A stretch of DNA of 17,944 bases from Candidatus Pampinifervens sinense (GTDB lineage: Bacteria > Aquificota > Aquificia > Aquificales > Aquificaceae), in NCBI GenBank assembly GCA_037927135.1, contig JAXSPP010000011.1:1-17944 (forward strand), written 5' to 3'. Position numbers and translations under genes: made by a program. This document shows positions 5,442 through 16,106 of the stretch, one piece after another (position 1 is the first letter of the stretch; every line of letters begins with the position of its first letter). The notes under the pieces were generated by a model, which was not told where the DNA came from, made no database searches, and saw nothing but the letters and a program-made list of their open reading frames with translations.

Positions 5442-8400
5442 TTAATATATAACCCTCAGCTTGGCAGATGCGCCCTTTTTCTCCACCTCAATGCGCTGGC
5501 TAAACTTGTCCGCAATGTCTTCCACATGGGTTATTATGCCCACCATCCTGTTTGTGGATTGTTTTATCACTTCAAAGAACTCTCCTAAGGATTCCCTTGT
5601 CTCCCTGTCCAAAGAACCAAAGCCCTCATCTATAAAAAGGCTCTCAAGAGGTGCATTTTGAGAAAGAATATCCGCCACTGCAAAGGCTAAAGAAAGGCTC
5701 GCAAGAAAGGTCTCACCACCGCTAAGGCTGGAGACTGGCCTAATGTGGCCCGTATGGTGGTCCATCACATACAGATCTTTATCTACAATCTCAAAGGTAA
5801 ACTGACCAGATGTGAACTTAAAAAGGTAATAGCTACCCCTTTCTGCCACCCTACTAAGCATCAACTGACTTACATAATCTGGAAACCTGTTATCTTCAAA
5901 GTCCTCCCTAAGTTTTTTATAAAGGCTATACTTGAAATTTAGCTCTTGCAATTCTCTCTCAATTCCCTTCCTCTCCTCCACAAGCCTCTTTAGCTCTTCC
6001 AAAGACCTCTGAAGCTGGCCATAGGCCTCCCTATTGCTATGAATCTTCTTCTCCAATTCCGATAGCTCCCCTTCCACCCTATCTGTCCTTGGCAGGCCCT
6101 CAAGCTCCTTTAGGCCTTTCTCTAACTCTTCCCTCCTTCCTTTCCACTTCTCCTTATCCCTTTCATATTGCTCCACCTCTTGCCTCAACCTTTCTATACT
6201 CCCTCGGTCAAGCATATACTTTTCCGCCTCCTCAAGGCTTCCAAACCTCTCATATAGCTCATAAAGCCCTTTTGCCACCTCTTCCTTTTGCCTTTTAAGG
6301 TTCAAAAGACTGTTTTCTATATTTCTTATATCCGACTTTAGCCTTTCTAACTCCAACTCTATCCTTTGTCTATACTCGCTTACCTTCCGATAGTCCTCTT
6401 GTATCCGTTTTATCTTCTCTGTTAGGTACTCCACCTCCCTTTTTACCCTTTGCTCCAAAAGGTGAGAATAAGGCTCTCCAATCTGCGCCCTTATATCCTC
6501 TTCAAGCCTTTTCAACTTCTCTCCTCTTTCCTTTATCTGTTCCATAAGACCCTCCCTTTCCTTTTCTAGCTCCACCCTCCTCTTCTCCTTTTGAGACAGC
6601 TCTTCCCTTAGCTTATTTAACCTTTCCAAATACTTCCTTTCCTTATCCCTCAAGTCCTTTAAATCCTTGTAATCCCTTTCCACCTCCTTTATATACTGCT
6701 CCACCCTGCTTGGATCATCAGGTAGGCTGAAAACAAGGCTTTCCTTTTCTTCTCTTATCTGCTCTAAGCGAGACTCTTTGTGCCTCAAGCCCTCTTTTAG
6801 CCTCTCCAGTTCTATCCTTATCCTCTCCAGATCCTTCAAAACCCTTTCTTCTTTCTCTTTTAGCTCCTTTAGCTCCCTTTCCCTTTCTTGCATCAAGGCC
6901 TTTTTCTTTTCAACCTCCTCAAGCCTTTCTTTTAGCCTTGAAAGCTCAAGCTCTATACTTTGCCTGTCATGGCCTTTTAGTTCCTCTGTAAGAGTTCTTT
7001 CCTTTTCTTTTAAAAGATTTAGCTGTGCCTCAAGGCTTGCCCTCTCCCTCTCATAGTAAGACTTCTTATCCTGAAGTTCCTTCAATCTATTTAAAAGGCT
7101 TTCCAGATCCTCCTTCAAGCTTACCTCATGCACATGGCCCACCACACCACCACACACAGGACACACATCCCCCTCCTTTAAAGAAGCCCTTAGCTCCATT
7201 GCGTATATCTCAAGCCTTCTGTTTTCAAGCTCAGAAAGCTCCTCTTCCAACCTTTTTAATATCTCTTCAACATCCTTCAACCTATCTTCCAACCCCCTTA
7301 TTTCCCCTCTCAGCCCCTCAAGTTCAACAGCCCTCTTTAGCATGCCTTCCAGTTCCATCCTTCGGCTTACAAGGATCACTTCCTCCTGCAAGAAAAGCCT
7401 AAGATTTTCCAGCTCTTCCTGAAGCTCCCTTATCCTTTCCTCAAGCCCATGCCTTTCTTTATCCTTTTCTTCCAAAGCCCTTTCTTTGACCTCAAGCCCT
7501 TTTCTTTCTTCCCTTATTTCCTCTAAAACCCTTTTTTCCTCCCTCTCCAAATCTTCAAGCCTTTTTAGCTTTTCCTTTAACTCACCTATGCTTTTTATCT
7601 TCTCTTCCACACCTTTTTCTTCATAGTCTTTTATTTTCTCCTGCACCTCCTTTATAAGGCTTTCACCCCTGCCAATCCTCTCTTTGTATTCCTCCTCTTC
7701 CTTCTTTACTTTTACCAATTCTTCTTCAATATTCCTCAACCTTCCTTCAAGCACATCCCTTTCCCTTTCCATCTCCTTGTAGCTTTCTATCATCTGAAGC
7801 ACAGTGTTTCGTTTTGAAAGCTCTTCATAGTACTCTTCAAGCCTTTTGAACTCCTCTTCTATCCTTTTAAACTCTTCCTCAACTAACCTTAATTCATCCG
7901 AATATGCAATTAGATCCCTCTCCTTCCTCTGCTTTTCCCTTATATGCTCCTCCTCTTGCCTTTTTATCCTTTCATACTCCTCAATCTTTGGCTTATAAGG
8001 CAACAGCTCAATGGCAAGCTTTAACCTCTTTTTCTTCTCTTCTACTTCTTCCTCCACCTTTAATAAAGCCCCTAATCTTTCCTCAACCTCAAGCTTCTCT
8101 TTTTCCAAATCGTCCCTTCTTTTGCAAAGCTCCAGAAGCCTTTGAAGTTCCAGTTTTCTATCCTTTAACTCCTCATATTGCTTTTCAAGAACTTTTATAT
8201 CCTCTTCCAACCTTTTTATTTCACCTTCATTAGCCTGTAAAAGCTGGTTAAACCTCTCCTTTTTAACCTTTATAACTTGCTCCAAAGCCTTATATTCTTC
8301 ACCTATAAGCTTCTTTAAAGCATTAAATAGGCCAGAAAAACCTAAAAGGTAGTTTAATATTCCCCTTCTTTCTTTAGGATCTTGCGGTTTTAAAAATCTA

Positions 8401-8837
8401 TCAAACTGATTTTGTGGCAGAACTATTACCTTTGTAAAGGTCTCATAGTCAAGCCTTAGTATCTCTTTAATATAGTTGTTCAATTCAGTTTCCTTTAAAG
8501 ACAATAGCCTATCGTTTTTGTAGAACCTAAAATCAGACTCACCACTCTCACCTTTTCGCCTATACCATCTTACAATCTTGTAATAATCCCCTTTAACAGA
8601 GAACTCAAAGAGAACTCTCATAAAGGTTTCGCCCCTTGAGAGAAGATAGCTGTGAGCCTTCTCTTTGCCATAGCGTGGAGCCTTACCGTACAAGGCATAG
8701 CATATAGCATCTATAAGGCTTGATTTACCAGCACCCGTCTTTCCCTTTATTACAAAGAAGCTTAACGGAGAAAAGTCAAGAGTATGCCTACCTCTATAGA
8801 CGGTAAAGTTTTCCAGCTCAAGGCGTATTGGCCTCAT
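5442..8837 (-). CDS. sbcC: SbcC (Rad50-like SMC ATPase)
   Basis: Walker A GKTGAGKS, Q-loop LPQNQF, central CPVCG zinc hook between long coiled coils, signature LSGGE, Walker B/D-loop FIDEGFGSLD, H-loop IITH. Adjacent to sbcD. Confidence 0.95.
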   Translation of the reverse strand: MRPIRLELENFTVYRGRHTLDFSPLSFFVIKGKTGAGKSSLIDAICYALYGKAPRYGKEKAHSYLLSRGETFMRVLFEFSVKGDYYKIVRWYRRKGESGESDFRFYKNDRLLSLKETELNNYIKEILRLDYETFTKVIVLPQNQFDRFLKPQDPKERRGILNYLLGFSGLFNALKKLIGEEYKALEQVIKVKKERFNQLLQANEGEIKRLEEDIKVLEKQYEELKDRKLELQRLLELCKRRDDLEKEKLEVEERLGALLKVEEEVEEKKKRLKLAIELLPYKPKIEEYERIKRQEEEHIREKQRKERDLIAYSDELRLVEEEFKRIEEEFKRLEEYYEELSKRNTVLQMIESYKEMERERDVLEGRLRNIEEELVKVKKEEEEYKERIGRGESLIKEVQEKIKDYEEKGVEEKIKSIGELKEKLKRLEDLEREEKRVLEEIREERKGLEVKERALEEKDKERHGLEERIRELQEELENLRLFLQEEVILVSRRMELEGMLKRAVELEGLRGEIRGLEDRLKDVEEILKRLEEELSELENRRLEIYAMELRASLKEGDVCPVCGGVVGHVHEVSLKEDLESLLNRLKELQDKKSYYERERASLEAQLNLLKEKERTLTEELKGHDRQSIELELSRLKERLEEVEKKKALMQERERELKELKEKEERVLKDLERIRIELERLKEGLRHKESRLEQIREEKESLVFSLPDDPSRVEQYIKEVERDYKDLKDLRDKERKYLERLNKLREELSQKEKRRVELEKEREGLMEQIKERGEKLKRLEEDIRAQIGEPYSHLLEQRVKREVEYLTEKIKRIQEDYRKVSEYRQRIELELERLKSDIRNIENSLLNLKRQKEEVAKGLYELYERFGSLEEAEKYMLDRGSIERLRQEVEQYERDKEKWKGRREELEKGLKELEGLPRTDRVEGELSELEKKIHSNREAYGQLQRSLEELKRLVEERKGIERELQELNFKYSLYKKLREDFEDNRFPDYVSQLMLSRVAERGSYYLFKFTSGQFTFEIVDKDLYVMDHHTGHIRPVSSLSGGETFLASLSLAFAVADILSQNAPLESLFIDEGFGSLDRETRESLGEFFEVIKQSTNRMVGIITHVEDIADKFSQRIEVEKKGASAKLRVIY

Positions 8838-9969
8838 GGCTTGCTCTATCTATCAACCTTTGCAACTCTTCCTTCAGGCTCTCAGAAGGCTCACTTCTAT
8901 GCACTTCCTTATAATAGCTCACATAAAGGTCCATCAAGTTAAGGCTTCCTTCCCTCACTTCCACAGAACCAGGAGCACCAATAGGTTCTATCTCAAGCTT
9001 TGCTAGCCTTTCACCCAGAATCCTCTGTATGAGATCCTTTTTTAGGTTATAAAAGGGATCGCCCATTTTCACCTTTAGCCTTACTTTAAGAAGGACATTT
9101 TTGCCAGCATACTGCTCAAGCCTCTGTGCTATGTTATCTCCCTCTTCCAAGATTACTTCCCTTAATTCCCTCTTTAAGTCAAGCTTTATAGGTTCAACCT
9201 TTACTAAACCATCCTCAAAGACAAGGAGGTTTACAAACTTATCTATGCCCTCTTCCGAGAAATCTATCTGATATGGACTGCCCGAATAGTATACCTTTGG
9301 CACCACGCCTTCTATCCTTTGATTCCTGTGCACATGACCAAGGGCCACATAGTCAAACTCTTCAGGTATGGTATCTGCCCTAACCGATACACTTGGACTT
9401 ATACTGGAGTAGAGCTCACTGCCAGCAACCCTTGCCTTGTCTAACATAATATGGGCTAAAAGAACCTTGTAGCGCGCATCCTTTACCTTTGAAGCCAGAG
9501 CCTTCATATATAGCGCCACCTTTTCCGCATAACTCCTCTCTTTCTCCTCATCAGGATGTGTAAGAGCCCTCTCGTCTGGATAGGGCAAGCATGCCACTTT
9601 TAATTCACCGTATTCAAAGATGGCATCCTTTACATCCTTTGAAGGTCTATCAAAAACATGTATATTTGCAAGCTTTTTTAGATTTTTATATATTTTCATA
9701 AAATCATAGCTATCGTGGTTGCCTGCTATAAGAAGGGTATGTAAGCCATAGGAATTTATCTCTGTAAGGAAATCTAGGATGATCTCTTGGGATTCAAAAT
9801 CTGGATTTCTTTTATCAAAAATATCGCCAGCTATCAGAAGTACTTCTATCTTTTCATTTCTACAAATACCTTTTATTTGTTCAAGGGCATAAACAAGGTC
9901 TTCATTTCTGTTAACTTTATCATAGAGTTTTTTACCAGCGTGAAAATCAGAAACATGAAGCAACCTCAT
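8818..9969 (-). CDS. sbcD: SbcD (Mre11-like nuclease)
   Basis: Phosphoesterase motifs SDFH, AGDIFD, GNHD, LGHVH and YSGSP. Overlaps sbcC by 20 nt. Confidence 0.95.
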   Translation of the reverse strand: MRLLHVSDFHAGKKLYDKVNRNEDLVYALEQIKGICRNEKIEVLLIAGDIFDKRNPDFESQEIILDFLTEINSYGLHTLLIAGNHDSYDFMKIYKNLKKLANIHVFDRPSKDVKDAIFEYGELKVACLPYPDERALTHPDEEKERSYAEKVALYMKALASKVKDARYKVLLAHIMLDKARVAGSELYSSISPSVSVRADTIPEEFDYVALGHVHRNQRIEGVVPKVYYSGSPYQIDFSEEGIDKFVNLLVFEDGLVKVEPIKLDLKRELREVILEEGDNIAQRLEQYAGKNVLLKVRLKVKMGDPFYNLKKDLIQRILGERLAKLEIEPIGAPGSVEVREGSLNLMDLYVSYYKEVHRSEPSESLKEELQRLIDRASHEANTP

Positions 9970-10715
9970 GGCAAAACCCCAGCCCTAACAAGTATATCCT
10001 CCAGCCTTCTAAAGAAATGGCTATAACTTTCCTCTTCTTTAAGCTTCTTATAAAGCTTTTTCATCTCATCCAATACGAGCTTTACCACCTCCTCAGGACT
10101 GTTGCATATGGATAAAAGATTGAGATCCTCCTCGCTTATTGTGCCATGATATACCATCTCTGTGCGCATAAAGTCAAGCAGTTTCTTCCAATACTCGTAT
10201 CCGAAAAGCACAATAGGGAATGGTGGGCTTTTGCCCGTTTGAATTAATGTCAAGGCTTCAAAAAGTTCATCAAGGGTTCCAAAGCCACCGGGGAATATGA
10301 TGTAAGCGGTGGAATATCTAAGTAGCATTACCTTTCTTACAAAGAAGTAGTCAAAGTTTAAAGAGAGGGTTTGATATGGGTTTGGTATTTGTTCAGTGGG
10401 TATTTGGATATTCAAACCTACAGAAAGTGTGCCAGCATCCCTGCCACCTCTGTTGGCAGCTTCCATTATACCGGGTCCACCACCCGTTATTATGTGAAAT
10501 CCAAGATTACCCAGCATAAGAGCAGTCCTATAGGCCATCTTATAATAATAGTTGTCCTCTTTTAGCCTTGAGCTTCCAAAGAAGGTGATCGCAGGACCAA
10601 CGGAAGAGAGGGCATCAAAGCCTTTGACAAATTCGCTCATAATCTTTAGAACGCGCCAAGTGTCTCCCTGCTTTATCTTAAGCTCTTCTATTATGCTAAG
10701 CTCTTCACTGTTCAT
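9966..10715 (-). CDS. LOG-family nucleotide monophosphate phosphoribohydrolase (Rossmann fold)
   Basis: FGSSR, ITGGGPGIMEAANRG, FFVRKVML and PGGFGTLDELFE motifs. ATGA overlap with sbcD. Confidence 0.92.
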   Translation of the reverse strand: MNSEELSIIEELKIKQGDTWRVLKIMSEFVKGFDALSSVGPAITFFGSSRLKEDNYYYKMAYRTALMLGNLGFHIITGGGPGIMEAANRGGRDAGTLSVGLNIQIPTEQIPNPYQTLSLNFDYFFVRKVMLLRYSTAYIIFPGGFGTLDELFEALTLIQTGKSPPFPIVLFGYEYWKKLLDFMRTEMVYHGTISEEDLNLLSICNSPEEVVKLVLDEMKKLYKKLKEEESYSHFFRRLEDILVRAGVLP

Positions 10716-10950
10716 TTAAGTCCTTTACCATACCCTCCAGTTTTAAAAGCTCACCTTCTTGAGGCTTATTTATATGAGTGGCATAGCGAGGCTTTTTGTA
10801 TGCTACCTTCTTTTTAACCTTCTTTTTCACCTTCTTATTTTTGACATGAACCACTTTATCCTTTCTATGACTTTGGGCAAAGGACCCATCAATGGGCAAA
10901 GATAGACCTATTAGGCCCATTATTAAGCTTAGTATTATAAACACTCTCAT
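10705..10950 (-). CDS. Small Lys-rich secreted protein (81 aa)
   Basis: AGGAGGAG SD before ATG 10950, signal peptide ending SFA-Q, and a KNKKVKKKVKKKV tract. Overlaps the LOG start by 11 nt. Confidence 0.75.
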   Translation of the reverse strand: MRVFIILSLIMGLIGLSLPIDGSFAQSHRKDKVVHVKNKKVKKKVKKKVAYKKPRYATHINKPQEGELLKLEGMVKDLNEQ

Positions 10951-10961
10951 AGCACTCCTCC

Positions 10962-10981
10962 TTTGCCCCCAGGGAGGCAAA
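10962..10981 (-). promoter_or_regulatory. 5'-UTR stem-loop immediately before the SD
   Basis: UUUGCCUC-CCUG-GGGGCAAA (8 bp including one G-U), followed directly by GGAGGAG. Confidence 0.6.
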
Positions 10982-10984
10982 AAA

Positions 10985-11014
10985 ACTATAACCTAAGCTT
11001 TGGATTTTTGTCAA
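10985..11014 (-). promoter_or_regulatory. sigma70-type promoter for the small protein-LOG-sbcDC operon
   Basis: TTGACA (11014-11009)-N18-TATAGT (10990-10985), 8 nt downstream of the tRNA 3' end. Confidence 0.65.
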
Positions 11015-11022
11015 GGGGAAAG

Positions 11023-11098
<76 letters not shown>

Positions 11099-11103
11099 TT
11101 AAC

Positions 11104-13575
<2,472 letters not shown>

Positions 13576-13980
13576 TTAAATAAGCCCCTTTTCTCTTGCG
13601 TACTCTCCATACTTTTTATCAGTTTTTGCTATATGGTTATACAGCCAGCCCCAGCTCAAAGCCAAGGCCTGAGTAAAAGCATGGTAATCTCCACTTTCTA
13701 TAGCTGGCAGAAGCCTTTGGACCTCTTTTCTAAAAATCTCATGGATCTTTTTGTGCTCTTCTAGATGCGGGTAGCCTATACTTTCCATAAAGGCTTCTTC
13801 ATTGCTAAGATGAATTTCTACATAGCTAGTGATTGTAGTTTTGAAAAACTCAACAGCCTTAACCTTTTCCCCTTTCTTTAAAAACATGCCAACCCTATTG
13901 AGTAGGTCTATAAGAGTTTGATGCTCTTCATCCATCTGTGGAACACCAGTTTTTAGATTCTCATCAAACTCCAACAGCAT
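13576..13980 (-). CDS. Single-domain bacteriohemerythrin
   Basis: Di-iron ligands DEEH, HLSNEE, HKKIH and WLYNHIAKTD. A GGGGGTG SD favours ATG 13980 over GTG 13986. Confidence 0.93.
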   Translation of the reverse strand: MLLEFDENLKTGVPQMDEEHQTLIDLLNRVGMFLKKGEKVKAVEFFKTTITSYVEIHLSNEEAFMESIGYPHLEEHKKIHEIFRKEVQRLLPAIESGDYHAFTQALALSWGWLYNHIAKTDKKYGEYAREKGLI

Positions 13981-14056
13981 AGCCACCCCCCCAATCTTTA
14001 ATCGTAGTAAAAGTATAAATTAAGAAAGTAAAAAATTTATTCATGAGTTTATCATT

Positions 14057-14075
14057 TTATGTGAGAAAAACATAA
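14057..14075. promoter_or_regulatory. Candidate operator palindrome upstream of hemerythrin
   Basis: TTATGT-N7-ACATAA, lying between TTGACT and TAAAAT hexamers on the minus strand (15-nt spacer, suboptimal). Confidence 0.35.
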
Positions 14076-14085
14076 GTCAAATCTT

Positions 14086-14721
14086 TTACCCAAACAAGCT
14101 TCTAAGATATGGATTAAAAAGCCTCTCATGTCCTATGGTAGTCTCCTCATAATGCCCAGTTATAACAAGCACATCGTCCTCAAGCTCTGAGAATATCCTT
14201 TTCAAAGACCTCTTTAGATCCTCAAGGCTTCCGCCCGGAAGGTCCCATCTTCCCACACTCCCTTTAAAAAGAAGGTCTCCAGCTATCAGGGTCTTATCCT
14301 CCTCCGAATAAAGACAGCACAGGCCGGGTGTATGCCCAGGAGTGTGAATAACTTTAAGTTTGCTTTTTCCAAACCTTATCTCCATACCGTCTTTTAGCTC
14401 CACATCTGGCTCTGGACAGGGGAAATTGGCTCCTATTTGTCTTTCAAAGCCGGGCCAGATAGGATCTGTAAGAAGGAACTTGTCCGCGGGATGCATATAA
14501 AAGGGCACATTAAAGCGTTCTTTTAGGGTCTTTACCTGTCCCACATGGTCTATGTGGCCGTGGGTGGCCACAATGCCCACAAGTTCAAAAGGCTCAAGTT
14601 CTTTTATTATCCTTTGGGGGTCCGCTCCCGGGTCCACCACAAGGGCCTTACCACTTTCCTCATCCACCACTATGGAACAGTTTACAGAAAGAAGGCCAAC
14701 CGGTAAGACTTTTAAAAGCAT
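14086..14721 (-). CDS. MBL-fold metallo-hydrolase (glyoxalase II-like)
   Basis: VDPG, THGHIDHVG, TPGHTPG, AGDLLF, VGRWDLPGG, GH...TTIG and NPYL. TGATG overlap with nuoN. Confidence 0.92.
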   Translation of the reverse strand: MLLKVLPVGLLSVNCSIVVDEESGKALVVDPGADPQRIIKELEPFELVGIVATHGHIDHVGQVKTLKERFNVPFYMHPADKFLLTDPIWPGFERQIGANFPCPEPDVELKDGMEIRFGKSKLKVIHTPGHTPGLCCLYSEEDKTLIAGDLLFKGSVGRWDLPGGSLEDLKRSLKRIFSELEDDVLVITGHYEETTIGHERLFNPYLRSLFG

Positions 14722-16103
14722 CAGAACCTAATAAGGTCGTAGAAAAGATGGGGGAAAATACCTAGGATAAGCACAAGCAGAGCGCAGACCATAAGGGTAA
14801 GGGCCTCTCCACCGGAGACCTTGGTGGGCGGATACTTCTTTTCACCCTCCTCAAGGAACATGGAGACTATAACCCTAAGGTAGTAGCCTGCCGATATGAT
14901 ACTGGCAATCACAAAAGCAAGGGCAAGGGGGAAGAGCATGGAGTTTACAAGGCCCATAAAGAGGCCAAGTTTACCAACAAAGAGGGCCATAGGCGGAATG
15001 CCTATGAAGGCAAAGAGAAATAGGGCAAAGATGGAAGCAAGGACAGGGTGGTCTTTAAACAGTCCTCTGTAGTCAAGGATATGGTGGCTAAAGCCCTCCC
15101 TCTTTTCAAGGGAAGCCATAAGTGTGAAGCTTCCAAGGCTTGCAAAGGCATAGAGGGAAACATAAAATAGCAGAGCCTTTTGAAGGTTTGGCTGGGCTGT
15201 AGCCAGTCCTAGGAAGAAGTAGCCAGCGTGGGCTATGGTGGAGTAGGCAAGGAGCCTTTTTACAGACCTTTGAGCGTAGGCTACAAAGTTGGCATAGAAC
15301 ATGGAAAGGAGAGAAAGGAAGGCTACAAGGATGAGCCACTGTTTGAGGTGATAGAAGTAGGATAGGAGCTTTACAAGGAAGAAGTAGATGGCCACCTTTG
15401 GCACGGAGGATAAGTATCCTGTTATGGGTGTGGGGGCACCTTCGTAGGCGTCTGGTGTCCAAAAGTGGTATGGGACTGCGGAGGCCTTGAGGGCTAAGGC
15501 GGAGAGTATGAGGAACATGGCAAGCAAGAAAAGGCTGTTTTCATCCCTGTACTCTTTGAAAAAGAAGCTACCTGTGCTGGCGTAGTAAAAGGCTGAGCCA
15601 AGGGCAAGCATAGAGGTGCCCACCGCACCTATCACAAGGTATTTAAAGCCGGCTTCTTTTGAAAAGTATTCACCCTTTTGTAAGGACACTAGCACATACA
15701 TGCTTATGCTTGCAAGTTCAAGGGAGAGGAAGAGGAGGACAAGGTTGTTGGAAGAAAGGAGTATGGAGAGGCCAAGGGTGGGCAAGAGTAGAAGGTAAGA
15801 AAGTTCCGTGTATACAGAGTTCTTTTTCTCATAATAGTCCTGCATTGAGAAGATGGCCAGGCTTGTAAGCAAGTATATTACTGCCTTTCCAAGGAGGTTT
15901 AAAGAATTGACTTCAAAGAGGTCAAAGAGGGTTTTTGAGGGGTAATTTACAAAAAGCAGGCTTATCAAGGAGGCTATTGGCACAAGGGCTGATATGTAGG
16001 TAAGGGTCCTATAGTGTTTTTTGCTGGCAAAGAGGTCAAGTATGAAAAGAAGGAGTATGCCAAAGGCAAGCACAAGTTCAGGCAATAGGGCATTCCAATT
16101 CAC
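14721..16103 (-). CDS. nuoN: NADH-quinone oxidoreductase subunit N
   Basis: Polytopic membrane protein with LELASI, EAGFKY, KASAVPYHFWTPDAYEGAPTP, KRLLAYSTIAHAGY and GIPP...FVGK. Follows nuoM. GGAGG SD. Confidence 0.95.
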   Translation of the reverse strand: MNWNALLPELVLAFGILLLFILDLFASKKHYRTLTYISALVPIASLISLLFVNYPSKTLFDLFEVNSLNLLGKAVIYLLTSLAIFSMQDYYEKKNSVYTELSYLLLLPTLGLSILLSSNNLVLLFLSLELASISMYVLVSLQKGEYFSKEAGFKYLVIGAVGTSMLALGSAFYYASTGSFFFKEYRDENSLFLLAMFLILSALALKASAVPYHFWTPDAYEGAPTPITGYLSSVPKVAIYFFLVKLLSYFYHLKQWLILVAFLSLLSMFYANFVAYAQRSVKRLLAYSTIAHAGYFFLGLATAQPNLQKALLFYVSLYAFASLGSFTLMASLEKREGFSHHILDYRGLFKDHPVLASIFALFLFAFIGIPPMALFVGKLGLFMGLVNSMLFPLALAFVIASIISAGYYLRVIVSMFLEEGEKKYPPTKVSGGEALTLMVCALLVLILGIFPHLFYDLIRF

Positions 16104-16106
16104 CTT

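Noticed and set aside
5900-8300. Very pyrimidine-rich, repetitive-looking + strand and its Ser/Pro/Leu-rich ORFs
   Set aside because: This is the mirror image of Glu/Lys/Arg codons in the SbcC coiled coil. No true tandem repeat unit or CRISPR periodicity.
5442-9969. SMC-based defence system (Wadjet or Lamassu type)
   Set aside because: The zinc hook, Mre11-type partner and gene order match housekeeping SbcCD. No kleisin, JetD or effector gene is nearby.
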